Made by a program: the position numbers and the translations under genes
Notes under the pieces: generated by a model
What the model was told of the DNA's origin: nothing
Databases searched by the model: none
The model's input: the letters and a program-made list of their open reading frames with translations, nothing else
Shown here: piece by piece, positions 1-9,706 of the stretch
How the letters are laid out: every line of letters begins with the position of its first letter
Numbering within the stretch: position 1 is the first letter of the stretch
Source of the DNA: Patescibacteria group bacterium
GTDB taxonomy: Bacteria > Patescibacteriota > Microgenomatia > UM-FILTER-40-11
Assembly (NCBI GenBank): GCA_035530075.1
Contig: DATKVM010000002.1
Coordinates: 103,348 to 167,347, forward strand
Length of the DNA: 64,000 bases
Reading direction: 5' to 3'

Positions 1-63
1 GCCGGTTGACTGGGCCACCCCGCCTAAGGTTTCAAAAACATCAGAAACTACTTGTTTCGGCAT
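1..63 (-). CDS. 5' end of a hypothetical protein running off the window (MPKQVVSDVFETLGGVAQSTG...)
   Basis: ATG at 63, 17 bp after the recR stop; frame open to position 1. Confidence 0.4.
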   Translation of the reverse strand, partial: MPKQVVSDVFETLGGVAQSTG

Positions 64-80
64 ATTTTATCTAGAAACTA

Positions 81-704
81 TTATACCCCGTAGTCTCTCC
101 TTCCTTCCAGCGCCCGCTGCAAAGTCACCTCATCCGCATACTCGACATCCCCGCCAATTGGCAGTCCATGGGCCAGCCGGGTAATCTTGAACTTTGAACC
201 ATGAACCATAAGCTCGCGAAGTTCCTTCGCAATAAACATTGCTGTCGCCTCCCCTTCCATATTAGAATTAGTGGCAAGAATGATTTCACGGATTTCAAGC
301 GGATTTCTGTGGATCCGGCTAATTAACTCTCTTATTTTAATCTCATCCGGACCAATGTTATTTAAAGGAGAGATAGCGCCATGAAGTACATGATAAACGC
401 CATTAAAGCGACCTCCCCGCTCAAAAGCCAAGACATCCAAGGGCTGCTCCACCACGCAAATAATTCCATGGTCGCGGTTTTGAGAAGCACAAAGCGGGCA
501 AGGGTCAGTTTCCGCCACATTAAAACAGAGAGAGCACATAACGGTATTTTTCTTTAGATTGGCCAAAGCAGCCGCAAAATCATCCAGCATTGCCTGGGGA
601 ACATGAAGCAAATAAAAAGTCAACCGTTGGGCGGTTTTCGGACCAATGCCGGGCAGTCTCTCAAACGCTTCGGTTAAATTCTTAATCGCTCTGGGTATCT
701 GCAT
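81..704 (-). CDS. recR: recombination mediator RecR
   Basis: LPGIGPKTAQRL HhH motif, C4 zinc finger, TOPRIM ATNSNMEGEAT, GLPIGGDVEYADEVTL. Confidence 0.97.
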   Translation of the reverse strand: MQIPRAIKNLTEAFERLPGIGPKTAQRLTFYLLHVPQAMLDDFAAALANLKKNTVMCSLCFNVAETDPCPLCASQNRDHGIICVVEQPLDVLAFERGGRFNGVYHVLHGAISPLNNIGPDEIKIRELISRIHRNPLEIREIILATNSNMEGEATAMFIAKELRELMVHGSKFKITRLAHGLPIGGDVEYADEVTLQRALEGRRDYGV

Positions 705-803
705 AACAAGCTATTTTACTCTAATCAAGGCTGAATTTGAAGCCTTATTTTACCCTAAACGAAGCTGGAATTGAAGAGTTTCCTTAAAGAATTAAGGAAG
801 CCT

Positions 804-890
804 TTACTCTCCTCCTAAAAGTCCTTGAAGTCCCCCGGACATTTCCTGCAGTTTTATTTCTGCAAAGTCTCTCCTTATAAAATCACTCAT
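804..890 (-). repeat. displaced copy of the ybaB 3' end, in a 28-codon ORF MSDFIRRDFAEIKLQEMSGGLQGLLGGE*
   Basis: Last 16 codons plus stop match 1659..1709 with only third-position differences. Confidence 0.85.
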
Positions 891-944
891 TCGCAATTTT
901 GACTTATATGCTATAATGCTCACAAATATTGCTAAATATTTTCT

Positions 945-1655
945 ATGAGTTGGTTAGAAAGATTCCTAAGAGCCAAAAGAACAAAAGAAGAACAGGCAGT
1001 CGCGGCACAAGAATCTGCTCAATCACTTTCAAAGACTCAAGAAAAAGAAGAGACGGACTTTCTCATCAGATGGATCAGAGAACAGGTTAAACCTCTATTT
1101 GATACGTGGGAAAGACTGGGTTTAGATAATATTTTAAATGATATCCGAGATCATATTTGGCCCGAAGCGCCAATAGAAGCTTCCTATAGTCTCTTTGAGG
1201 GGGAAAATCAAGTTGTTAATCCTTCCTCATTAGCTGATCTACAAAGGGTTACCTCCATCGTTGTCTCTGGCCAAATATGCGGTGTTAGTACACACATTGA
1301 GCATTACTTAGATGGCGATGAAGATACTTCACAAACAACCTTCCCTGTTTTTTCTATCGAATTAATTAAAAATCGGGGAATAATTTCAGTGAGAAGCTCA
1401 CTAAGTCCAGAAATGGAAGTTAAAACCCAGGCAGGGGAAACTAAAAGAGAATTGCAGCGAGCACTTGACGAAGCCTTAACAGAAAAATACATTACCAACG
1501 GAAGACTCCCCAATATCAAAGATTATTCTCGTGTTTCACTAAGTGGTGCTGGATTTGCCCCATTTCCAACTATTGATCCTTCTGTACAAGAAAAAGTAGA
1601 CGAGGCATTGGGCATAATAAAGATTCGTGAATATAGAAGTAAAGCGAAACAGTAA
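945..1655 (+). CDS. hypothetical protein inserted between ybaB and recR
   Basis: 236-aa ORF opposite to neighbours; TGCTATAAT extended -10 at ~908-916. Confidence 0.75.
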   Translation: MSWLERFLRAKRTKEEQAVAAQESAQSLSKTQEKEETDFLIRWIREQVKPLFDTWERLGLDNILNDIRDHIWPEAPIEASYSLFEGENQVVNPSSLADLQRVTSIVVSGQICGVSTHIEHYLDGDEDTSQTTFPVFSIELIKNRGIISVRSSLSPEMEVKTQAGETKRELQRALDEALTEKYITNGRLPNIKDYSRVSLSGAGFAPFPTIDPSVQEKVDEALGIIKIREYRSKAKQ

Positions 1656-1658
1656 AGC

Positions 1659-1940
1659 TTATTCTCCACCTAAAAGCCCTTGAAGTCCCCCGGACATTTC
1701 TTGAAGTTTTTTGGCCGCTGTTTCTTGCGACTGTTTTATCGCTTTATTGAGTTTATCTTTAATTAAATCGTTTTTAATGCCCTGGATTTCAAATTCCAAA
1801 ATTTTCTGGTCACCGGAAATGACAATATGGACCCCGTCTTCATCAAGCTCAATTTTTTCCTGACTAAGCTGTTTTTGAATCGCCATGGCCTGATCCCGCA
1901 TCTTTTTCAAATCTCCTAAAGATTTAAATGGATTATTCAT
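1659..1940 (-). CDS. ybaB: YbaB/EbfC nucleoid-associated protein
   Basis: 93 aa, typical pattern, canonical dnaX-ybaB-recR order. Confidence 0.85.
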   Translation of the reverse strand: MNNPFKSLGDLKKMRDQAMAIQKQLSQEKIELDEDGVHIVISGDQKILEFEIQGIKNDLIKDKLNKAIKQSQETAAKKLQEMSGGLQGLLGGE

Positions 1941-3556
1941 TGAACCGTTTCTCCTTCCTTGTTAAAAATTTCTTCGGCGAACTTAATTATATCATCGTCC
2001 TTCCCTTCTGCAACTTTCATCGTCTTTCCCGGTTTAGCCAAATTGACTTCCGATGGAAAATTATCCAAAACCGGCAATGGTTTTACCGGCCGTGAGGCCT
2101 CACTTAAACTGCATTTCAGCTTAATCGGCACCCCTAAAACCTCGCTGGCCACTTTTTCAAAAATCCGGCGGCATTTTTCCGACTCCAATTGATCTTTATG
2201 AAATTTATAAAAGACTTCCAGCATTAGAAAACCACCATCAATTGCCAGCGGCCGGCAAGCTTTTAAAAAGGCTTGAACCGAGTGATTAAGAGGTTTAACT
2301 TTTCCCAAGATTTCCGGCCATTTAACCAAAACACTCTCTAATGTTAATAAGGGCGAAGCCGCACTGGCGGGAATTCTTTCTCCATCAGGTTTTTCTTCCG
2401 CCTTTGCCAAAGCTCCCTTCGGGGAATTCCTGCTCTGGGAATCATTACTTTCATCCCCCGAGAGACTGCCCCGGCCGGACGGGTTGGCCAGGGAAGACCA
2501 TTCAACTACTGCCATTTCCAAAGGCAACGAAGGGATAACTGCCTGACGCAACTCTTGATAAGCGGTATTAAAAAGACTGATAAGCTGGCGAATTTCTTCT
2601 CGGCTAAAACTAAATTTCATTTCTCCTTCATCATCGACCCCAAAATCCGCCAAAAGCAAAGCTCTTAATTTCTCCAGCAATTCTTCCGTTAGGATTTTTA
2701 AATTGGCTCCTTGTTCGGTTGCTCGGCCCAGCCAAAGGAGGGCTTCTTTAATCCCCCCTTCTTCTAATAATTTCAAGAATTCTTCAACTTTAAATTCGGC
2801 TAAAATGCCGGCAGTATTTTTGACTTCCTCCTCAGTTATCTTACCGGCCAGCGCCGCTCTTTCCAAAATCTTAATAGCGTCACGAAAACTCCCGTCCGCG
2901 AGTTTGGCAATCGTCGCCAAAGCCTTTTCTTCATAGTCCAATTTCTCCTCCTCGCATATCTTTTTTAATCTCTCGACGATTTCCGGCCGGTTTGCCCGTT
3001 TAAAATTTATCTGCTGACAACGGGAAACAATCGTTTTGGGGAGTTTCTCCGGATCAGTAGTGCAAATAATAAAAAGAGCGTGAGCCGGCGGTTCTTCCAA
3101 AGTCTTTAAAAGAGCGTTAAAGGCTTCGGTCGTTAGCATATGGACTTCATCAATAATATAGACCTTATATTTTGCCCTCGCCGGCGCCAGCCTAATTTTT
3201 TCCCGCAGTTCTTTAATATCGTCAATTCCCCGGTTACTGGCGGCATCAATCTCTAAAACATCAATATTTGTTCCGTTGGTTATCGAAATACAAGAATCGC
3301 ACTGGTTACACGGCTCAAAGGTCTTCTCTCCCTGTGATACTTTTGATGCTTCTGATACCTTTGATACCTTCTCACAGTTCACTGCTTTCGCCACAATTCT
3401 GGCCGCTGAAGTTTTACCAATCCCCCGGGGGCCAGTGAATAAAAAGGCATGAGGAAACTGGCTGGAGCGGAAAATCTTAATCAGTTCCTCTCTAACAGCG
3501 CTACTGTCCAGTTCCTGGAAACTCTGAGGCCGGTATTTGAGATATAGAGTCGTCAC
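1937..3556 (-). CDS. dnaX: DNA polymerase III subunit gamma/tau
   Basis: LYLKYRPQSF, GPRGIGKTS Walker A, EIDAASNRGIDD, IIDEVHML, SRC. Confidence 0.97.
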   Translation of the reverse strand: MTTLYLKYRPQSFQELDSSAVREELIKIFRSSQFPHAFLFTGPRGIGKTSAARIVAKAVNCEKVSKVSEASKVSQGEKTFEPCNQCDSCISITNGTNIDVLEIDAASNRGIDDIKELREKIRLAPARAKYKVYIIDEVHMLTTEAFNALLKTLEEPPAHALFIICTTDPEKLPKTIVSRCQQINFKRANRPEIVERLKKICEEEKLDYEEKALATIAKLADGSFRDAIKILERAALAGKITEEEVKNTAGILAEFKVEEFLKLLEEGGIKEALLWLGRATEQGANLKILTEELLEKLRALLLADFGVDDEGEMKFSFSREEIRQLISLFNTAYQELRQAVIPSLPLEMAVVEWSSLANPSGRGSLSGDESNDSQSRNSPKGALAKAEEKPDGERIPASAASPLLTLESVLVKWPEILGKVKPLNHSVQAFLKACRPLAIDGGFLMLEVFYKFHKDQLESEKCRRIFEKVASEVLGVPIKLKCSLSEASRPVKPLPVLDNFPSEVNLAKPGKTMKVAEGKDDDIIKFAEEIFNKEGETVQ

Positions 3557-3920
3557 TTTGATGTTTACCCAATAAATTACTTAAGCCATGAATAAGAAGC
3601 TTGTCAATCGCCTCATCCATGGACAAATTATCCTCTTGAGCAATTAACCGCGCTTCCGGATAAGAAATAACAATGTCTCCAATTCGCAATATTCCGCTAA
3701 TATCGCGCGGCTCTTCAAGAGCAAAGGTTAAAACCGTCGTCGGTTCGTCCAAGTTGCGCCATTTCCGGTTCAAACTCCGAATTTTTCGCGAACCAACGAT
3801 GGCAACTGAAATCTCCGCGTCTTCAATCGCTAAACTTTTAAGGTAATTCAGAACCGTCTTTTTAATCCGAGGGCGGCTCACCGGATAACGCGACTCTGAA
3901 GAGATTAAAACGAAATTCAT
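3501..3920 (-). CDS. ybeY: rRNA maturation endoribonuclease YbeY
   Basis: LNRKWRNLDEPTTVLTF, GDIVIS, LLIHGLSNLLGKH (variant HGxLHLLGYDH motif). Confidence 0.85.
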   Translation of the reverse strand: MNFVLISSESRYPVSRPRIKKTVLNYLKSLAIEDAEISVAIVGSRKIRSLNRKWRNLDEPTTVLTFALEEPRDISGILRIGDIVISYPEARLIAQEDNLSMDEAIDKLLIHGLSNLLGKHQSDDSISQIPASEFPGTGQ

Positions 3921-4052
3921 GGTTGGGTGTCAACTATAAATTTTTACTAACAAAGTATATCAGTCATTTTTTAAGAGATTGTTTCTTGTTCAATTGTTCT
4001 TTCCCCACCTTTCCAAGATCAAGCAACAAAACCATGAAGCAATGAAGCAATG

Positions 4053-4493
4053 TTAACCAAGAACTTCTTTAACCACCCGACTAACCGTGTTTCCCTCTGC
4101 TTTGCCTTTTAATCTCGCCATTGCCATCCCCATTACTTTACCGAAGTTGTTTTGATCGGTTTCGGGCAAATTGCTCCTCACTTCTTCGACAATTTTTCGA
4201 ATCTCATCTTCTGAAAGCTGCTGGGGAAGAAAGTTGCTCAAAACTTGCAGTTCTACTCTCTCTTTTGCGGCTAATTCTTCTCGCCCTCCTTTTTCAAAAG
4301 CGGCAATTGATTCTCGTCTTTGCTTAATTAACCGCTGGGCAATCGCCATTACTTCTTCATCGCTTAACGGCTCTTGCTTGGCAATCTCTTCGTTCTGAAT
4401 CGCCGCCAAAAAAAGCCTTAAAGCCGACAAACGAAGAGCCTCGCCGCTTTTTAAGGCTTCTTTTATTCCCCGCTCAATTTCCTGTCTTAACAT
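4053..4493 (-). CDS. GatB/YqeY domain protein
   Basis: KQRRESIAAFEKGGREELAAKE, LPQQLSEDE; follows rpsU. Confidence 0.9.
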   Translation of the reverse strand: MLRQEIERGIKEALKSGEALRLSALRLFLAAIQNEEIAKQEPLSDEEVMAIAQRLIKQRRESIAAFEKGGREELAAKERVELQVLSNFLPQQLSEDEIRKIVEEVRSNLPETDQNNFGKVMGMAMARLKGKAEGNTVSRVVKEVLG

Positions 4494-4498
4494 CAGAA

Positions 4499-4675
4499 TT
4501 ACTTTCGCCCCTTTTTTATTCTTTTCATTTTCTCGTACTTGGCGCGGGAGGGCTTAATGTAAAACTCTCGTTTTTTCAGCTCCCCCAAAATATCGTCGGC
4601 CAAAACTTTTTTGCGAAATTGAGCAATAAGCTGATCTTCGGTTTGACCCGGTTGCTTTTTGACAATGGTAGCCAT
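4499..4675 (-). CDS. rpsU: 30S ribosomal protein S21 (58 aa, absent from ORF track)
   Basis: Manual translation MATIVKKQPGQTEDQLIAQFRKKVLADDILGELKKREFYIKPSRAKYEKMKRIKKGRK; EFYIKPS motif; upstream of yqeY. Confidence 0.9.
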   Translation of the reverse strand: MATIVKKQPGQTEDQLIAQFRKKVLADDILGELKKREFYIKPSRAKYEKMKRIKKGRK

Positions 4676-4809
4676 AATGATTTAAAAACACACCCCCTCC
4701 CTCATGAAAGGAAACCTATGGTTTTCTTTCAAAAACTTTCCAAATTTGTTATTTTTGCGATCTTCGAACGGATCGCCGCAAAAATTAATTAGTAATCTTT
4801 TTAAAAAAC

Positions 4810-5829
4810 TCACGTTTCTTGCCGAATGTACTTCCTTGCTGTTTCTAAAACTCTTTTTTCGGCTTCCTCAAGCGGCATTTTTAGAGAAAATCCGGCCGCT
4901 TGCTTATGTCCGCCGCCACTTAATTCAACGGCAATCTTGGAAACATCAAAATTATCTCGAGAGCGCAAACTCCCGCGAGTTAGATTTTCTGACTCTTCGT
5001 TAAGAATTATACCAAATTCTGTCCCTAAAATAATAGGGGCAAAGAGACTGGCCGCGCCTTCAATTTCCGTTGAGTAAACACCTAGCTCTTCGCATTCCTC
5101 CCGGCTTATTTTTGACCAGGCAAATTTTCTGCTTTCATCTAATTGTAAATTCTCCAAAATCTTGCCCCAATACTTTAAAGTCTTCAAACTGTAGGAACGA
5201 AAATCTCGCAAAACACAATTATCTAAAGAAGCGCCTTTCTCAATTAGGTCAGCAGCCACCCGGAGAGTGGTAACCGAAGTGTTCGCATACTGAAAACAGC
5301 CAGTATCAGCAAAAATCCCCCGGAAAAGTAATTCCGAGAGCTTCCGGTCAACTTTAATTTGCCAAAGCTCAAAAAGATGATAAAGAATCTCGGTGGTTGA
5401 GCTAATTAGCGCCACCAAATTAATCCGGCCGAACCGGGTGTTGGAAAAATGATGGTCAATATTAATAATCTTAAATTGCCGCGGCAATTTGCTAGGAAAA
5501 GCACTGCGAGTAACCATTTTTTTGGCTGCCATATCCAAGGCAATAAAAAGGTCAAATTGCTTCAAATCAAGCCGAGCAAAATCCCCAGACTCCACTTTAC
5601 CAATTTCTGGCCAATCAAGCAGTCTAGGTGGAATTTGGCTATAAGAAATAATGGTTGTTTTCTTCCCTAACCGACGAAGAACCAAATCCATGGCCAAAAC
5701 CGAAGCGGCACTGTCAGGATCCGGAGAAACATGAAGGGCCAAGAGAATCTTCTTAGCCTTTTTAATTTCGGATAAAATTTCGGCTGCTTTAGGGCACAGT
5801 CCTGAGCTTGTCGAAGGATTAATAATCAC
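4810..5829 (-). CDS. DHH/DHHA1 phosphoesterase (NrnA-like)
   Basis: HVSPDPDS, IDHH, ADTGCF, GGGHKQAAG. Confidence 0.92.
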   Translation of the reverse strand: MIINPSTSSGLCPKAAEILSEIKKAKKILLALHVSPDPDSAASVLAMDLVLRRLGKKTTIISYSQIPPRLLDWPEIGKVESGDFARLDLKQFDLFIALDMAAKKMVTRSAFPSKLPRQFKIINIDHHFSNTRFGRINLVALISSTTEILYHLFELWQIKVDRKLSELLFRGIFADTGCFQYANTSVTTLRVAADLIEKGASLDNCVLRDFRSYSLKTLKYWGKILENLQLDESRKFAWSKISREECEELGVYSTEIEGAASLFAPIILGTEFGIILNEESENLTRGSLRSRDNFDVSKIAVELSGGGHKQAAGFSLKMPLEEAEKRVLETARKYIRQET

Positions 5830-5857
5830 AATGCTATTTTACCACAAAAGCTATGGG

Positions 5858-7006
5858 TTAGCGGCGAACCAAGCGCAAGATGTCGTTGACGGTAATAAGA
5901 AGCATCAGGGCCAATAAAAAAGCCATGCCGGCGGTATTGACCCAAGACTCCACTTTAGGATTGGCCTTCTTTTTGGTCACCGCTTCATAACCCAAGAAAA
6001 TTAACCGTCCGCCGTCCAGCGCCGGTAAAGGAAGAATATTAATAATGGCCAAATTGACGGATAAAATCCCTAGAAATTGCAAAACCGCCAGGGCCCCATT
6101 TTTAGTCGCCTCGCTGGTAATTTGGAAAATCCCTACCGGCCCGGCAATGTCTTTCGGGACTTGACCTTTCGCGACCAAAGTCACTACCGTATTTTTTAGT
6201 CCCCCTAGAATCATCCCGCCCCAAGAAAGCGATTCTTTAAAGCCTTCCCGAGCCCCCAAAAAAGGCATCTGCCACCAAGGATATTTTTTCATTTCCGTAT
6301 CGGAGATCGCCACTCCCAGAGGGCCCTCTCCCTCCGGCGGATTTTCCCGAGGAATTAAGGACACCAGTAAATTCCCGTCTTTACAGGTGATCGTTGCTTC
6401 TGTTGAAGCCATCCCTCCCAAGACTTGCTGGCTCTCTTGACAAGGATTATCCTTCTCGCGCTGAATTTCCAGCCGAACTGTCTTCCCAGCTTTCTCTTTA
6501 GATAGTCGCACAAACTCCTCTGTCTGGCTAATTTTTTGGCCGTCAAGAGCAATTACCCAGTCATCAAGTTTTAATCGTGCCATTTCCGCCGGCGAGTTTC
6601 TGGCAATGCCGACAACTTTAATTTTCCCTGTTTCGGTAGGAATACCATAAACAAAATAAAGAATCGAAAAAGCGGCAATTGCCAAAAGCAGGTTCATACT
6701 TACCCCGGCCAAAAGCACCGAAAGTCTTTGAAGCAAAGACTTTTCAAAATAAGCTCTACCCCTCGAAGTCTGCTCCTCGGCAGACGAAGTGGGGCCATCC
6801 TCCCCATACAATTTCACGAAACCACCGATAGGAAGTGCATTAATTGAGTAAATTGTTTCCCCTACCTTTTTCCCCCAAATCCGCGGCGGCAAACCAAAGC
6901 CAAATTCTTCGACCAAAATCCCGGCTTTTTTAGCCGCCAAAAAATGGCCCAGCTCATGAACAAAAACCAAAATGGAAAGAATTAAGACGAAGACGATCAA
7001 AGTCAT
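5858..7006 (-). CDS. rseP: RIP metalloprotease RseP (M50 with PDZ)
   Basis: HELGH, EEFGFGLPP, NILPLPALDGG. Confidence 0.92.
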   Translation of the reverse strand: MTLIVFVLILSILVFVHELGHFLAAKKAGILVEEFGFGLPPRIWGKKVGETIYSINALPIGGFVKLYGEDGPTSSAEEQTSRGRAYFEKSLLQRLSVLLAGVSMNLLLAIAAFSILYFVYGIPTETGKIKVVGIARNSPAEMARLKLDDWVIALDGQKISQTEEFVRLSKEKAGKTVRLEIQREKDNPCQESQQVLGGMASTEATITCKDGNLLVSLIPRENPPEGEGPLGVAISDTEMKKYPWWQMPFLGAREGFKESLSWGGMILGGLKNTVVTLVAKGQVPKDIAGPVGIFQITSEATKNGALAVLQFLGILSVNLAIINILPLPALDGGRLIFLGYEAVTKKKANPKVESWVNTAGMAFLLALMLLITVNDILRLVRR

Positions 7007-7086
7007 GAGAGTAAGTATAACCCCTTGAAAGTCTTATGTCCATCGCGACGATAAGGTTTCGCCGGTATAAAGAAAGAGTTAAAGAA

Positions 7087-7407
7087 TTACTGGGTAGCTT
7101 TGTTTTTTTCTTCGTAATATTTATTCAAAAAGCCTTCGGCAAAAGTTGTCATTATCTCATCCATTACCGTATCGGCATTTTTTCCGCTCCTTTTGGCGAA
7201 AATCTCCCGGATCATTAAGTTTGCCTCTTCTGGCACAGTACACTTATCAATCGCCGCCAAATCCTCTTCCGTTAAATTGGCCATCATTTCGGCGTTGAAC
7301 TTAACCGCCGCCGCTTTTGAAATTTCAGCAAGAATCTGCTCTATTTGTTCTTCGGTGTGTCTCTCGTTCTTAAGAACTGCTACCACCTCTTCAAGTTTTG
7401 TATTCAT
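7087..7407 (-). CDS. small acidic helical protein (DUF5663-like), paralog of 30311..30616
   Basis: 106 aa, AAGGAGG SD; aligns with 30311..30616 (LKNE..EE.I, LTEEDL..I.KC.V.EEA, R.GK). Confidence 0.75.
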   Translation of the reverse strand: MNTKLEEVVAVLKNERHTEEQIEQILAEISKAAAVKFNAEMMANLTEEDLAAIDKCTVPEEANLMIREIFAKRSGKNADTVMDEIMTTFAEGFLNKYYEEKNKATQ

Positions 7408-7415
7408 ATTCCTCC

Positions 7416-9428
7416 TTAAGGAGTTAGCTGGCTATAATATGAAACGTAGTCGGCAACGCTTCGGGTGTTGGCAATTTTGACAAGAGTCTCTTGTTGAACC
7501 GGGGTCAAAAGTTTGCCTAGATCAAATTCTGTCCCCGGTTGAACGATATCAATTTCGACACCATTCTGGCGGAGCATCTTGATCATTGAGCCAACCAATG
7601 ACTGTCTGGCAGTCACTCCATTTTCCGGATTAATCCAGCCTTCAATGCCATTTTGCTCCATCCACCTACCCACCGGCCCTTCTGCCTCTTTCCAGAACCA
7701 ACTTCCTCCGGGAATCCTAATTTTTTGAGCAAAGAGGTCGGCTCCTGCTTCTCTTGTCCCCTGGGTGGCGACAGAAGTAGCCGCTCTTATATCTGGCATC
7801 TCTATCTTAGGAACGCTGGTAACATGCTCGGGTCCAGTGGGAACTGGAGTAACTGGTATTCCAGTTGTGGCTCCGATCGGCGGTCTAACCGCATGAATTG
7901 CCGCTTCCACCGCCGGCGACAAGATTTGATAAGCCGCATGGACAATTGAGCCGACAGCCAAACCTGAAGCAAAGTCGCTAAGATAACCTGCTGCTCTGCC
8001 ATATTTCTTTCCCCGTTCAGTCATTTTGTCTATCAAAGCCTGGCGCCCAGTGTTATCTTGCGCCTGTTCAATTTGAGTAATTAATTTTTGCGATTCGCTG
8101 GTAAATGCGGCTTTAAGCCCCAAGTTAACCGAATTGATCAAAGCAACATTGGCAATGCCTTTAACTGCCGCCATTCCCGGGACGACGTCACTGACAAACA
8201 TCGACTCAACAAAACCGGCAGCAACACCCAACCCCCAAGCCGCCCAATCACCCTTATTTCTTCCTGGAGGAGGAAGGCTTTTCCACCAATCAGCGACTGC
8301 CTTGCCTAAAAGACGACGGAGCCTTCCTATTTTTTTTTGACTTTCCGCAGTCAGAGGAGCTCCCTCGGCCTGGCCAACTCCAGTTTCTGTGCTAATTCCG
8401 ACTCCTTGTAAAACAGCCGCCGTTCCCTCAACAACAGGACCGCTCGGCTGATCTTCCTGAAGTCCTCCTGCGACAACTGGTTGAGGTGATGCGCTGATTA
8501 CTGGCTCAATTGGCTCTGAGGCTGCCCCCCGATTTCCTACCACATCAACGGCTTCTTCTGCATTTAGAACATTGTTTCCGGTAACCTGGCCTCCACTGAC
8601 TGTTTTCTGGTTAGCAGAAAACCCGGCCACTCCTCCCTTAGCAATCTTTATTAATTGTCCAATTACTTCTGGATTGATTTCGGTAGGACTAGAGACATCT
8701 TGTACGGATTTCTCTTCAACAATGCTTTTATCTCTTCCGCCTAAAAGTTCCAATTTCCCATTAATTTCGTCTAGACGTCTTTGTTCTTTGGCCAATTCTT
8801 TTTGCAGGTGAGAACTTCCACCTTTTCCAATCTGCTCTTCAACCTCTTTAATTGTCTCTTCCGCTTCTCTCTGATTTGCCTCAAGAACTTCCCGAGATTC
8901 TCTTGGCAAATTGTCTTCTAAGGCATTTACCTCCGCATTGGTTCGAGATAGCCAAGCAACTTCATTTCTTAATTCTTCTCTTAACGGACCGGCGTTTTCG
9001 ATTCCTCCTTTTACCTCTATCTGTTCTTTTAATCCAGAAATCGCCTCTTCGATTTCGTTTCTCTGAGCAATTAGCTTTGGAGTTTCCTCAAAATATCTTT
9101 GAAAACGGTCAAGAGTTGCCAAGCTTCCTTCAGCGGATGAAATTCTAGCCTCAACCGCCTGGAGTCGCCTCTCTTCGTCTGCAAGCTCTTTGCCCAAATA
9201 AGAACTACCGCCTTTGGCTATTTGTTCTCTTATTCCTGAAATAGTTCCCAATGCTTCTTCCTTATCCTGGGTTAAACTTCTGGGACCGCCTTGAACGGCC
9301 TCTCCCGAAGAACCCACCAGTTCATTTATTCTCGACCGCTCCGCATCAAGAACTTCCCCCCAACCAACCACCCTTTGCTCCTGAACAACCGCAGGTTCAC
9401 GTTCTCCAATATCGCCTGTTTCTACCAT
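7416..9428 (-). CDS. helical-repeat/coiled-coil membrane protein with C-terminal LysM-like domain; paralog of 30642..32402
   Basis: 670 aa, three EQI.KGG hairpin repeats, Gly/Ala-rich hydrophobic helices; AAGGAG SD. Confidence 0.75.
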   Translation of the reverse strand: MVETGDIGEREPAVVQEQRVVGWGEVLDAERSRINELVGSSGEAVQGGPRSLTQDKEEALGTISGIREQIAKGGSSYLGKELADEERRLQAVEARISSAEGSLATLDRFQRYFEETPKLIAQRNEIEEAISGLKEQIEVKGGIENAGPLREELRNEVAWLSRTNAEVNALEDNLPRESREVLEANQREAEETIKEVEEQIGKGGSSHLQKELAKEQRRLDEINGKLELLGGRDKSIVEEKSVQDVSSPTEINPEVIGQLIKIAKGGVAGFSANQKTVSGGQVTGNNVLNAEEAVDVVGNRGAASEPIEPVISASPQPVVAGGLQEDQPSGPVVEGTAAVLQGVGISTETGVGQAEGAPLTAESQKKIGRLRRLLGKAVADWWKSLPPPGRNKGDWAAWGLGVAAGFVESMFVSDVVPGMAAVKGIANVALINSVNLGLKAAFTSESQKLITQIEQAQDNTGRQALIDKMTERGKKYGRAAGYLSDFASGLAVGSIVHAAYQILSPAVEAAIHAVRPPIGATTGIPVTPVPTGPEHVTSVPKIEMPDIRAATSVATQGTREAGADLFAQKIRIPGGSWFWKEAEGPVGRWMEQNGIEGWINPENGVTARQSLVGSMIKMLRQNGVEIDIVQPGTEFDLGKLLTPVQQETLVKIANTRSVADYVSYYSQLTP

Positions 9429-9622
9429 CTTACTCCTTGTAATTTATACAAACTCATCTTGCTCGAGTTTACAACTTGTTATGTAATCTGATTTTGAACC
9501 CAAAATGCTATCTTTGGATTGGAATTGTAAAGTATTTTGGGTATAGAATTGCTTACCTTTAGCATAAATAGTAATTCCTGACTTGTCAACAATAATCTAA
9601 GTTACTCTATGTGGCCGGCAGA

Positions 9623-9651
9623 ACAATAACACAAGAAGCTTAATCTGTCAA
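9623..9651 (-). promoter_or_regulatory. sigma70-type promoter upstream of the 670-aa gene
   Basis: TTGACA-17 bp-TATTGT on minus strand. Confidence 0.5.
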
Positions 9652-9706
9652 GACTATAGGGCTGTTTTTACTGATTTCTGTAAGTCTTTTGTAATGATAA
9701 TACGAA

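Noticed and set aside
7006-7087. Displaced gene end next to the first two-gene module
   Set aside because: None of the three minus frames matches the C-terminus of a flanking gene.
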